A DNA stretch of 63,553 bases, counting the filler, from Octopus bimaculoides (taxonomy: Eukaryota): the NCBI RefSeq assembly GCF_001194135.2. It is 6 parts of 6 records of this genome, joined end to end, with 100 filler letters (N's around TTAATTAATTAA, not from the genome) between each part and the next. Parts side by side here need not be neighbours in the genome. Positions count along the whole stretch, not along the records: positions 1 to 5,137 come from NC_068992.1; positions 5,238 to 29,409 come from NC_068986.1; 4 more parts are not named here. The stretch is one strand, 5' to 3'. Made by a program: the position numbers and the translations under genes. The notes below the pieces were generated by a model. It was given only the letters and a program-made list of their open reading frames with translations, made no database searches and was not told where the DNA came from. Below, piece by piece: positions 1 through 11,468 of the stretch (position 1 is its first letter; every line of letters begins with the position of its first letter).

Positions 1-2057
1 GAATGAAAAGTAAAAAGAGAATACAAAGAAAGAATTGGATGATATAAAAATTAAAATACGGAAAAAAGATCAATGAAACAATTGCGAAAAAAGAAAGAAA
101 AAAGAACTTATATGGAAAGAAATGACAAACTGTTAACCGGAAGTAATTTTATATCGTTTCAATGACATGGACAACGTGTAATAGTATAAAATCCAATTTT
201 AAGCTGCTTAATTGAACATTAAAGTTGTAGATGAAGGAAAAAGTAATGTTGTGTGTATATAAACTTTCTGAAAATGGATGCAATTTTGGTATTCAGTTTC
301 GATACATGATTATTCATTGAGAATTTATTGTCGTTTCAGGTGCTGATGTTACTACTACTGAAACTACAGGTGTTGCAGGTGTTGATTTTCTATCTGTCGT
401 TGTGTGTAGTTTTTGTTATGGTCGTTATTTGAAGCACTGTTCTCAAATGCTGTATAAAATATTGATATCTAACACTGCTGTCTGTGGCACAGAAGAAATC
501 CAACAAAGAGAAAACCCAACGTTGCCATCTCAACATGTTGCGTATTGCAAAACTATAGAACCAATGTTGCTATTTATAATTGGTTTTAAAGAGACAAGCT
601 ATTTTAAGGGCTTGAATTTGAGTTTTTAAAGATCTTGAATCTTTAAATGGCTTGAAGCAAAAAATGACTTGTAGTCGTTAAAACATAAGAGGAAATAGGG
701 GAAATATCTGGCGGTATTCTTCGGGCTCCTTGAGTTCTGATTTCAAACCCAGCCGAGATCGAGCTTCCTTTTCGTCATTCGAAGATTGATAAATAAAGTA
801 TCTATTTAGAGCACTAATAGAATAGCATGGCTTGAGCATCGAGAGGAATGTGTAGCGGTATTCGTTGAGTTCTAAGATCAAATCCTACCATAGTATTTTT
901 AAACTAATAAATGTCTGTTTTGAGCAATGTTTTGATTGTTATTTCTAGCAATCTTTTAATGTTTTTCACTGTTTACTGTAGCTAGTTTAATGTTTTGACA
1001 TGCCGGTTACCACCCCACCCCACCCCACGCCTCTTTCTCGCTACTGTGACAGATGATGGAAGAGGCAGCGAACGCGTTATTTTCTGATTGGCTGAAAATT
1101 CTGAAAATTATCAAACTTTGAACACCAGTAACATTTTCGCAAAATTTCTCTGGAATAAACGAGTAACAAATTCGGATTCAGCGTCAAATATTACATCTAT
1201 ATGATACATTAAAAAATTTTTTTAAAGATTTCAACATGCATCGACGATAACCACAAAGATCCGAAACTTGTAACCAACGATATTATTGTTTGCTAATTTC
1301 GGATTAATTAAAATAACTGAAATTAGTACGGTTAATCGAATCAGTATTTGGGTCACACTAATCGACAGCTGTGCACTCTATCCAAGATTTCTGTTGGAAG
1401 CATTTAGTTTCGTCCTCTCTAGGATACGAATTTAAATATTCAGGAGTTGATTAAACAACTCATCCTTTCAGGACTAAGTAAAATGTGTTAATTATCATAA
1501 TTTGAACCGATTCAACCTTTGAGCATTGACATCACAAACTGTATCTACTAGTCTACTTAACACCAACACAACAGCAATTAAAACAACGGGCAAATGAAGA
1601 CGATTGCTACTAATCTAGGATGTTTCAATTGTCTTTTGTTTTGAAATAAACCTTACAGCAACAATAGCTGTTAAAACTACTGAAAAACAGCTGCTTTCAT
1701 ATTTTATCAACTGAGAGCAACCAACAAGTTATCAGTGACTTACAAACTAGAAAAACAGTATGGTCAACGACAGTAGAAACAACTGGAATAATGACAAATC
1801 TAATAACAAAAGAACTAATGGTTTCGTTTTGAAAGTCGTTGTTCTGTCCTCTCACTGAAGACCAGGGAATATTTCTTCATATTTTCAAATGCATTAAACA
1901 AAGCAGCATTTTTCGCATTGTCTGATATAGCGTGCCTTTAATTAGCAAATATTCTTAGAGAAGAATCAAGCAAACTAACTTTACGCAGAGTGAAAAAATA
2001 GAAAGGCTAGGAGAGACAGGGAGGGAAAGATAGATAGAGAAAATGTGTGTGTGTGTG

Positions 2058-2133
<76 letters not shown>

Positions 2134-2852
2134 AGAGAGAGAGAGAGAGGGAGAGAGAGAAAAGTAATGAGAAATATACTACGTAAGAGAAAACGAAAGG
2201 AAAACACGAGGAGAAATAAAAGAAAAAAAGAAAGAAAAAAGGAACAAAATAACGTGTTTCTTTTTAAACAGGAACACACAAAACCATTGGTCTGGCTTGC
2301 AAAGAAATAATAGTTTATTCATATGTCATATGATAATTCTAAACCTAAGCGGAAGTCGTAGAGATAAAGCTCTTGATACAATGGCGTGATAAGCTACTCT
2401 GTGGAACGCAAGTTACACCATAGGTTTCAAGGAATGAGTCAAATATTTCAATAACTGACGCGAGTCAACTGATTCAACGAATAGGATTCCAATGTTCGCT
2501 TGTGAATGGAATGTACAATTGGAATATAATGACGCTGCATGTTTAGTACTCATCCTTATAATTAAAATCTTTGATTTCCCAAATGGTTCTGACGTTGATC
2601 AGTTTTATATGCCGCTTTTTAAATTCTTAGTCAACGGTCAACTGGTTCACAAATGCATATACTCTGTTTAATAAAGTGTATAAAAGAGAAAAATTTATGT
2701 ATGTATTTACGTATGTATGCATACGCAAACGCGCCAACACACACAATGATGGTGAAGATGATGATAACAAACTGAAAAAGAGGAGGNNNNNNNNNNNNNN
2801 NNNNNNNNNNNNNNNNNNNNNNNNNNNNNNNNNNNNNNNNNNNNNNNNNNNN

Positions 2853-2884
<32 letters not shown>

Positions 2885-2898
2885 CATACATATATACA

Positions 2899-2931
<33 letters not shown>

Positions 2932-3047
2932 GCATACATAAATATTTATGTATGTATTTACGTATGTATGCATACGCAAACGCGCCAACACACACAATGA
3001 TGGTGAAGATGATGATAACAAACTGAAAAAGAGGAGGAGGGAGTGGA

Positions 3048-3152
3048 AGAAAGAAGAAGAAGAAGAAGAAGAAGAAGAAGAAGAAGAAGAAGAAGAAGAA
3101 GAAGAAGAAGAAGAAGAAGAAGAAGAAGAAGGAGCGGAGGAGGAGGAGGAGG
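3048..3152. repeat. (GAA)n then (GGA)n microsatellite; (GA)n at 2068-2160
   Basis: Read directly. Confidence 0.97.
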
Positions 3153-3650
3153 AGATTTTATTGTCCACAAGGAGCTGGATAAAGGAACGATGCATGCACA
3201 AATGGCCAAATATATTAGAAGCTGAAATATGCAACAAATATATCTTAAGTAATCTAAAGTTTACTTATGCCTAAACATTGCTGCCCGGCGCTGACGCTAC
3301 TGAATTTCTGCCGATCTGGTGGTCTAATGGCGCAAGTCAGTCAATGTTGCTGACTGTGTCTTAGTTAAAGTCACGGCTTTAAGTCTACCTAGAGTCATCA
3401 CTGTTCGGTATTTTCCATTGTTATTCTTGTTGAAGAGCAAGAGACGTTGCGTCTGAGAATTTAACAAGGAGCAAAACTGAGCAGATATAGTGTTTTTACA
3501 CCTTTTTACCACAACAGGGCATTTTTTTCAACGGTAACTGCAGTAAATTTGCCTTTAGAAGTTGGAATATATCACAAACACATTTTAATTAGCCAAAATC
3601 TCGCATTCCATATTTTTTCTCCGTGTTTTTCTCCTTGTTTTTCTCCTTAT

Positions 3651-3687
3651 TCTTTCTGTTGAAGAGCGTAGCTCGAAACGTTAAAGA
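3651..3687 (+). ncRNA. Minimal type-I hammerhead-like ribozyme, family A (variant core CUGUUGA)
   Basis: UCUUU-CUGUUGA-A-GAGC-GUA-GCUC-GAA-ACGU-U-AAAGA. Stem I is UCUUU/AAAGA, stem II is GAGC/GCUC, stem III is the palindrome ACGU, and the cleavage triplet is GUU. A6 is replaced by U. Confidence 0.65.
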
Positions 3688-3800
3688 CTTTCTCTATTCC
3701 CAAGCGTTAAACTAATACATCCTTTTGTTATTTACACCACCTGTATTCGTCTGTTGTTGTTTTTTTTTCGGAAATTCTCCCATATATATGTATATATATA
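3651..3800 (+). mobile_element. Short Penelope-like (pLTR-type) repeat carrying hammerhead family A, ending at (TA)n
   Basis: The about 110 bp 3' of the ribozyme (ctttctctattcc.agcgttaaactaat...aaattctcccatatata) recurs at 5041-5137 and, more diverged, on the minus strand at about 29600-29726. Confidence 0.6.
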
Positions 3801-5008
3801 NNNNNNNNNNNNNNNNNNNNNNNNATACGTATGTATGTATACACACACACACACATATATATATATGTGTGTGTGTGTGTGTATATATGTTTATGTGTCT
3901 GTATCCCCCCGCCCAACATCGCTTGCCAACTGCTGGGGATCGATTTGCTCGACTAAAGGCGGCGCTCCAGCATGGCTGCAGTCAAATGATTGAAACAAGT
4001 AAAAGAATAAACGAATAAAAGAATATATAAAGTCGTGTTTAAGCAGAGTCGACTAAGAAAAGAAAACCAGGAATGAAAATTAGAAGTATTTGAAATGGAT
4101 GTTCCTGCTAAAAGGATAGTAACCAAAAGCCAATCAAGTAAACCCGAATGATCCACGATTAACCGGAACACAGAGCAGGTGCTCTCACACAGCTGTTTTC
4201 AGCTTAATGAGTATAGGTTAATTAATGATAGAATTCTTACCACTCTTACTAATTTTTCAGAAAATTCATTAGAAAACCACATTCCCTTCTGTACCTTGTA
4301 CCTCTCGCTAAATAAAACCTGAAGAATTTAATGAGAGCTGTCTGAAAGGAAATGCCTGTTCTCAGACCTCTCAGTTTTGACTATGTTCGCTTTTGCTACA
4401 GCCATCAAACAGAAGAAAAACTATCTGTCCTTTCTCACAAGAAAGTGGTTCTCTAGTACACGCTACAACCAAGGTGTATATTCCGGGTGTGGTAGGTGTA
4501 TGCTGCACACCCATCGAAAATGGCATATTCATTATAAATATTAGCTTCACTCATTAGTTTAATCACAAATCTAATGGAAAACTTTTGTTATACTCCTGCT
4601 GGAAATTTGGCGGCTTTGGGTGTGGCAGTACACCCAATAGAACAACAACCACACGCCACTGGCTGCAACAACTCTTCAACATAAATCCACAAGGCATCAA
4701 TGTTTGGATACCAAACGAATGCACGCATTTTCGATACGTTTATCTCAAGGCATCTTTGTGTTCGTAAAGTTTATGTCTAACCAACAAGTTAGTAGACCAG
4801 AATTAATATCGCATGTTCACCAGTAGGGAAAAATCTGCCAAGTCTGGAGGAAAAGAAATGTTTAATGAAGACAATTTGACAACATGCTTACAGTGTACTT
4901 AATACACGTTAAAATACAGTTAATGGCAACATAGATTAAAAAACTGCCCAAGTATAGGCACTACAGATTAAAATACTGTCCATATATTGGAACCATAGGT
5001 TAAAATAC

Positions 5009-5137
5009 AGTTGAAGAGCGTAGGCTCGAAACGTCAAAGACTTTCTCTATTCCCGAGCGTTAAACTAATCCATTTGTTGTTTACACCACCTGTCTTCGTC
5101 TGTTGTTTTTTTTCGTAAATTCTCCCATATATATATA
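5009..5137 (+). mobile_element. 5'-truncated second copy of the hammerhead family A element
   Basis: gttgaagagcgtaggctcgaaacgtcaaagactttctctattcccgagcg... Stem II, GAAA, ACGU and a GUC site are retained, but the 5' strand of stem I is missing. Confidence 0.7.
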
Positions 5138-5237
5138 NNNNNNNNNNNNNNNNNNNNNNNNNNNNNNNNNNNNNNNNNNNNTTAATTAATTAANNNNNNN
5201 NNNNNNNNNNNNNNNNNNNNNNNNNNNNNNNNNNNNN
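5138..5237. other. Artificial scaffold spacer N44-TTAATTAATTAA-N44 (also 29410-29509, 41337-41436, 48157-48256, 60899-60998)
   Basis: The same 12-mer, with stop codons in all six frames, is centred in 100-bp N blocks five times. Confidence 0.95.
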
Positions 5238-5276
<39 letters not shown>

Positions 5277-5984
5277 CTATATAAAACAACACATTTTTTT
5301 TCATTAGCCTTATAGCTTAGATTTCAGAATGGTAAATGCTTTGCAAATTTCAGTTTTTTAAAACTGTTCACTCAAACATTTGATTGTTAGGAGCAGGACT
5401 TGTGTCTTATAGGAACAAGTTGAGCTGAAATGACATATACATGTGGTTTTATTACTGCCATATATTCAAATGACAGTCCATGCTTTTTCATAAATAATGT
5501 AGTTGTAATAGAAAGTACAAAGAAGATGTCTATAAATGCTAAGTTTATAATGAGAGCTGAAAAAGAGGAAATACATTGTCTTTTTCAAAATGACAAACGT
5601 TGCAAGGTTCATAAACTATTATAAGCAACATACTTCTATTCAATGATATTTTAAGGCAAGGGCATACTAGGTAGTTATGGCTGGGGTCCTCAGGAGTCTA
5701 GGGACCAACTCTGGCCCATGTATGTTGTAGTTTGCTGTCAATCAATAAATACTATAGGGCCCAGTGCATTGATCTACATGAAGTCTTATAATACTGCAAA
5801 GATGGCCCTGCTTCTGCTATGCTAAACAGAATATGGAACAAACTTGGCCAATGTTCTGTGTGAGGTCTGTGCTACTGCTGAAATACTAGGTTTTTTTTTT
5901 TTTTTTTGAGGGAATGGTATAGAAACCCTATATTCACTTAATCAGCCCCATATTCATTTCCTATTGGTAGTATTAGACTAATTG

Positions 5985-6510
5985 AAGGCAGTGAGCAGGC
6001 AGAATTTTTAGCATACTGGGAAAAATGCTAAGCTGTATTTTGTCCACCATTTTGTTTTGAGTTCAGATTCTGCTGAGGCCCACTTTACCTTTTATCCTTT
6101 TGGGGGTCGATAAAATAAGTACCAGCAGAGCAGTGGGATTGATATCATCATCATCGTCGTTTAACGTCTGCTTGCCATGCTAGCATGGGTTGGACGATTT
6201 GACTGACTGGTGAAACCAGATGGCTACACCAGGCTCCAATCTGATTTGGCAGAGTTTCTACAGCTGGATGCTCTTCCTAATGCCAACCACTCCGAGGGTG
6301 TAGTGGGTGCTTTCACGTGCCACCGGCACGAAGGCCAGTCAGGCAGTACTGGTAACAGCCATGCTCAAAATGGTGTATTTTATGTGCCACCCGCACAAGA
6401 GCCAGTCCAGAGGCACTGGCAACGATCTTGCTCGAAAGTCTTTTATAAACGAATTAACCCCTACCCCAAAATTGCTGGCCTTGTGCCAAAATTTAAAACC
6501 AGGATTGTAC
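5985..6510 (+). mobile_element. SINE family B interrupted by an RTE-tail-type repeat (about 6143-6440, minus)
   Basis: The head ggcagtgagcaggcagaa...tcgataaaataagtacc stops near 6140. The tail ccccaaaattgctggccttgtgccaaaattt resumes near 6455. Confidence 0.75.
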
Positions 6511-7249
6511 TGTCTAACGACTTCTCTTATTAATTCTAGTTGTTAGCAAATAGAAACTGAGGTTAGCATGATATTTTAAGTATGACTAAATATGTGAATT
6601 TATAATAGGTTATAATAAATTGCAAATATTTACAATAAATAAATAACAAAATTAAGAATGGATAAATTTATTATAACATTCATTCATATCATTTCATGTC
6701 CAGTGTTGTACATATTGTACATACTGTGGCAAGTGAGTGCAGAAAATTAAATAATTGGGAACTAATTCAATTCTGAAATACCAGGTTTTGCAATGTCCCT
6801 TATCACATTGTGAATGCACACATGCATGCACATGCACTAACACACATTTGGAACAAGAAGCACAGTTCAGAAGGGATAAGGTTAATTGTGCACTTGTTTA
6901 GCAGCACATCTAAAGCATAAGGGAAGCACTTTTGAAATGCTGATAAATTATTATTAGAATGTTTTGCATATTCAGTATATTTAGAATGATACAATACATG
7001 GTACAGTAAGATCAGTAAACAAATTCTAAAAACTAAAAAAAAAAACAAAAACAAAAAAAAACAGCAACAACAACAAAAAAGAGCTTGTTAGTGAATTATT
7101 AAATTTTTGTGGGGCAATGAAAACACTTTGAACATCTTCCTGAAAAATTTATTACCAAAACAAATGAACATAGAAACATTTTTAGATTGATATGAAACAT
7201 TACATTTCCATTACTGGATTTATCTGATTTGACTAATGTACAAATATAA

Positions 7250-7470
7250 TGGTTTCAAATGTTGCCACAAGGGCAGCAATTTTGGAGGAGGGGATGAGTC
7301 AATTATATCGACCCCCCCCCTCCCCAGTGTTCAACTGGTACTTATTTTATCGACCCTGATTGGATAAAAGGTAAAGTTGACCTCAGCAGAATTTGAATTC
7401 AGAATGTAGTGATGGGCAAAATACCATTAAGCATTTTGTCCAGCATGCTAATGATTCTGCCAGCTCACCT
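7250..7470 (-). mobile_element. SINE family B
   Basis: Reverse complement of the family B pattern (...ctgccagctcacctt). Confidence 0.8.
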
Positions 7471-7639
7471 TATGTACAAATATAATAATGATTATTATTA
7501 TTTCTGTTTGTTTTGATATTAAGATTGAAAAAAAATACCTTGTTTGCAAAAAAATTTTAGACCTGAGTTTGCACCTACTAAGCAAATTTTATTTCCACAC
7601 TTATACTACAATTCTGATTCTATTTTCAATTATAGTCTT

Positions 7640-7845
7640 AAGGTGGTGAATTAACAGAATTGTGTTAGTGTGTTGGTCAAAATGCTTTGCAGCATTTCTT
7701 CCAACTGTTTTGTGTTCAAATCCTGTCAAAGTCAACTTTGTCTTTCATCTTTTTGGTAACATAAGTACCAGTTCAGTACTGGAGATCAAAGTAATTGACT
7801 TCCCCTCAAAATTGCTGGCCTGATGCCCATATTAGAAAGAATTAT
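7640..7845 (+). mobile_element. SINE family B, decayed
   Basis: aaggtggtgaattaacagaattg...aagtaccagttcagtactgg...aaaattgctggcctgatgcc. Confidence 0.7.
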
Positions 7846-8822
7846 TAATCTTAGACTTCTTTTATAATTTTATTCATATCTAAGATGCACTAAAAGAATA
7901 TGTATAAATATTAATGTTGTCAGGTTGTTGACGACTAAACTTGCACACGCACAAGGTTAACTTTGAAAGAAGAGTTGTTTGAAACCCAGCAGAACAAAAA
8001 CAAGAACTGTTCAAGTATGGTTGAAACCAGCATAGGGTCAATAGCTTCCTAGTTATATTGCAAGGGAATGCACTATAAAACCATTGGAAATGGTGAGCAG
8101 CTGTGTGCTCATCAGACATGATGAGGATTACCCTGAATAAAATCCTGTTAGTTCAAGCCAATATAATTTTTGATCTGCAACCATTTGTTATGCTCAATGA
8201 TTTTAGTAATTAATTTGCTACATGTGACTTTATAGCAAGTCAACCAAAGTGGTATGGTTCTGCACAAGCCATACTTCCTTTTATTAACTGATATCCTAGA
8301 CCTTATCTATACACAAGTGTGGCCTATTAACATAGATATTGCTTTGCTGTTCATTAACAAGCAATAGTCATACTCATTATCAGGTCTGGAAATATACCCC
8401 AATGCATTTGGGGCTACAATACTTTCGCAGACATATCTGTTGTGCATCAAATTCAGTTATTTCTTTGCACTCTTGACTCTATTTGCTGGTGCACAAAAGG
8501 TCAGACTGTAGGGTTCTGGATGTATGTGTGTATCCTTGTATTACCATCATGTGATAGTTATAAATGAGTATCACCATCATGGAAGTGATGATTTTATTTA
8601 GTTTTCCATGGTAAACATGTCTGGCCATGGGAAATATTACTTTGCTTTGAAATAAGTGAGAATTGTAACAGGAAAGACATTCAACCATAGAAAATCTGCT
8701 TCAACAAATTCTGCTTGACCTATGCATGCATGAAAAAGTGGACGCTGATGATGATGGTGGTGATGATGTAGTAGTAGTAGTAGCAGTAGTAGTAGTAATA
8801 GTAGAACATATTTGCTGTGACT

Positions 8823-9110
8823 AGCCCTTTCGGTACCAACCTACCTGAGTCTTATGATATAAACTTTCTGTTTTGAAATGATTTAATGTAAAGCCTTCCA
8901 TCAAAAATGTATGTTAATTTATATTCCAAACACCAAGGAAATAATAACAAAATTATTTTACTAAATTCTTCATATTTTCAAAATTAATTGTAAGACAGGT
9001 GATGCAATTTCAATTGAAATTTAATAACAAAAAAAATATGAACACTTTAGAAATTAGAGGTTTTGTATTGTAAATCAGAGATGGTTTCAAAGGAGTTGGT
9101 ATCAAAAGTA
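8823..9110. mobile_element. Dispersed TIR-like repeat (possible piggyBac-type MITE); relatives at 33545-34065
   Basis: The ends ccctttcggtaccaac and gttggtatcaaaag are imperfect inverted matches. The internal attttactaaattctt..attttcaaaattaattg motif recurs inverted near 33700-33970. Confidence 0.45.
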
Positions 9111-9800
9111 ATCCATTCTTATCCTCTCTTCTTTAAGATGGCTGGGTGTGATTTAAGGAAAGGTTGGGTACTATTTCTAGTGGATTGAGCAACTACATAG
9201 AAGCTTCCCCATTGCTAGTGAAATGGTAATTAGTTAGAAGCTTTAAAAAACATAGTGCATATGTGGTTTGGAAAGGTGGCCTGGCAAATGTGTGGTAAGG
9301 GAAGAATTATATGTTGAAATAGTTAATCAAATGGAAGTTAAAGTCAACTAAAAGAAAAAAAGAAACATAAACAACAAAAATACAAAAGATGGGAATAAAT
9401 AAGTGAAGTAAAAATCAAGACACAATCTATTGCTTTTGTTACTGTTGTTACTATTGTGGTCGCTCATTTATTTTGTGTGGTTCAGATTTCATCCAAGAGA
9501 GAATAAAGACAAGTCCTTGACTGTAGTAAACCACTTACATGACATTTAATATTGTTGTTAAAATCTAAATAATTGTATGGAGTTGGTGGTCCTGTGGATA
9601 TCAGGTGAACAAGGTAAGAAAAAAATTTGGATAGGTCTTCTTCTTCCTTGTATTTTCTCTCTGATTTAGACAAAATAATTTCAATGCCACATAACAGAAG
9701 TGTTCTCTGAAGTATTTTGCTCTTGTTGTTGTTGCTTAGCCTAAGTCAGCCTTAAATGAACAAGTCTATGGATATATATATAATCATCATGTCATTCCTT

Positions 9801-9861
<61 letters not shown>

Positions 9862-10949
9862 TATATGAGTGTGTATGTGTGTATTCATCATAATCATCAT
9901 TTAACTGTCTGCTTTTCCATGCTTGAATGAATCAGACAAAATTTATTGAGGCAGATTTTCTGATTGGATGCTCTTCCAGTCATCAACCCTTACCTATTTT
10001 CAAGCAAAGTAATAATGCTCCTAATCCTCTGAACATGAACAGCACAAACAACTGGACATGTTTTCATGGAAGCTTGCAAATGAACGATCCTGCCATTGAT
10101 ATTTGTTTACAGTTAGCACACAATTTCAAAAAAAGGAGATATGAATGCACACACACACATTCACGCACGTGCACACACACATGCACGCATGTGCACACAC
10201 ACACATACACATACACACATGATCACACACACACACTAATGCACTTATACATGTGATAGGCTTCTTTCAGTTTCCACCCACATTTTACATTGATCACCCT
10301 CTTGATCCACAGTTTTCTCTCTTTCACAACCACATTTCTCACTCTCTACGTTCACTGTGCCTACTTCTCCCCCAACACTCTTAAAACCTATCCAACCATA
10401 TGTCATCTCTCTTTTTCTTATCCTTATCTCTCATCCTTTCCCTGTAACATTATTACTATTTTGCTGCACTTTGTCCCTCCCCACCACCTTTTCAGTACTG
10501 TCAGCTATTTCTTATCCCCTATCTCACCCCAATTCATATGTATCATTGGCTGCCCCAAATCCTTACCCATCATTCACTACACAATCTTTACAGTTGTCAC
10601 CTACTCTTCCTAACCTTTCCTACTTATCATCCCACAACACCTGTTCTCCATCATATTCACCTTCTAACCCATTCCCATCTCAAACCATTCCTCATTCTCA
10701 CATAAACTTTTGCAACTTCTACCCATTAACACTCCCTATTCTCCAGTTTACTTCTGCTTATTTCACCCCTTGAGAATCCACCCTGATGCATCATCACCAT
10801 TATTTCATCTCTTTCAATTTCCATGCCAGTCACTCTTACTATCTCTTCAATAATGTGAGCAGCCATATAGCTCTATTGCAAGAAACCTGTTCTAGTCTCA
10901 TCTTTCATACTTTAACTTCTCATATCCTTGCATAAAGCCAGCTCCCTCT

Positions 10950-11185
10950 TAACTACAGTTCCACCCAGTTAAAGTGGATTTTAGTCCTGCAAAGCTGCAT
11001 GGTGACCTCACAAGTACTGGTGCCACAAAAATGCACCTAGTACACTCTGTAAAGTAGTTGGCATCCATGCCAAGATTATATTTGAGCACAATGCAGTCCT
11101 TGGACCTGTCAGATCTGTCAAAAACCTGTCAAACCAGCCAACCCATGCAACCATGGAACATAGATGATGATGGTGATGATGATAC
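10950..11185 (+). mobile_element. RTE-tail-like short repeat (also about 21440-21612 +, 6143-6440 -, and related 9895-10130 - and 21168-21380 -)
   Basis: Shared motifs agtacactctgtaaagt(g/a)gttggc, ccaacccatgc and a (GAT)n tail. The family assignment is inferred. Confidence 0.6.
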
Positions 11186-11204
11186 ATATATATACATTTT
11201 TATT

Positions 11205-11468
11205 GTTTGTCTTTTATTTGTTTCAGTTATTAGACTGCAGCAATGCTGGGGCACCACCTTAAAGAACTTTGAATTGAATAAATCAACCCCAGTACTTATT
11301 TTTTTTTGTAAGCCTGGTACTTATTCTATCAGTCTCTTTTGTCAAACTGCTAAGTTATGCGGACATAAACACACCAACACTGGTTGTCAAGTGGTGGTAG
11401 AGGACAAACACACACACACACATGTATATGACGAGCTTCTTTCAGTTTCTGTCTTCCAAATCCACTCG
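11205..11468 (-). mobile_element. SINE family A, 3' two-thirds
   Basis: tttcagttattagactgcagcaatgctggggcacc...ttcagtttctgtcttccaaatccactc. Confidence 0.75.

Noticed and set aside
2690-3037. Identical about 90-bp segments on both sides of an N gap (similar cases at 61545-61620 and 61931-62002)
   Set aside because: Exact duplication across small gaps is the usual sign of unmerged contig overlap, not a true tandem repeat.
8060-8125. Other CUGAUGA matches (8110 minus, 17465 minus, 23990, 36187, 37650 minus, 49861, 53234)
   Set aside because: None is followed by a stem II plus GAAA and a stem I partner, so none is a hammerhead.
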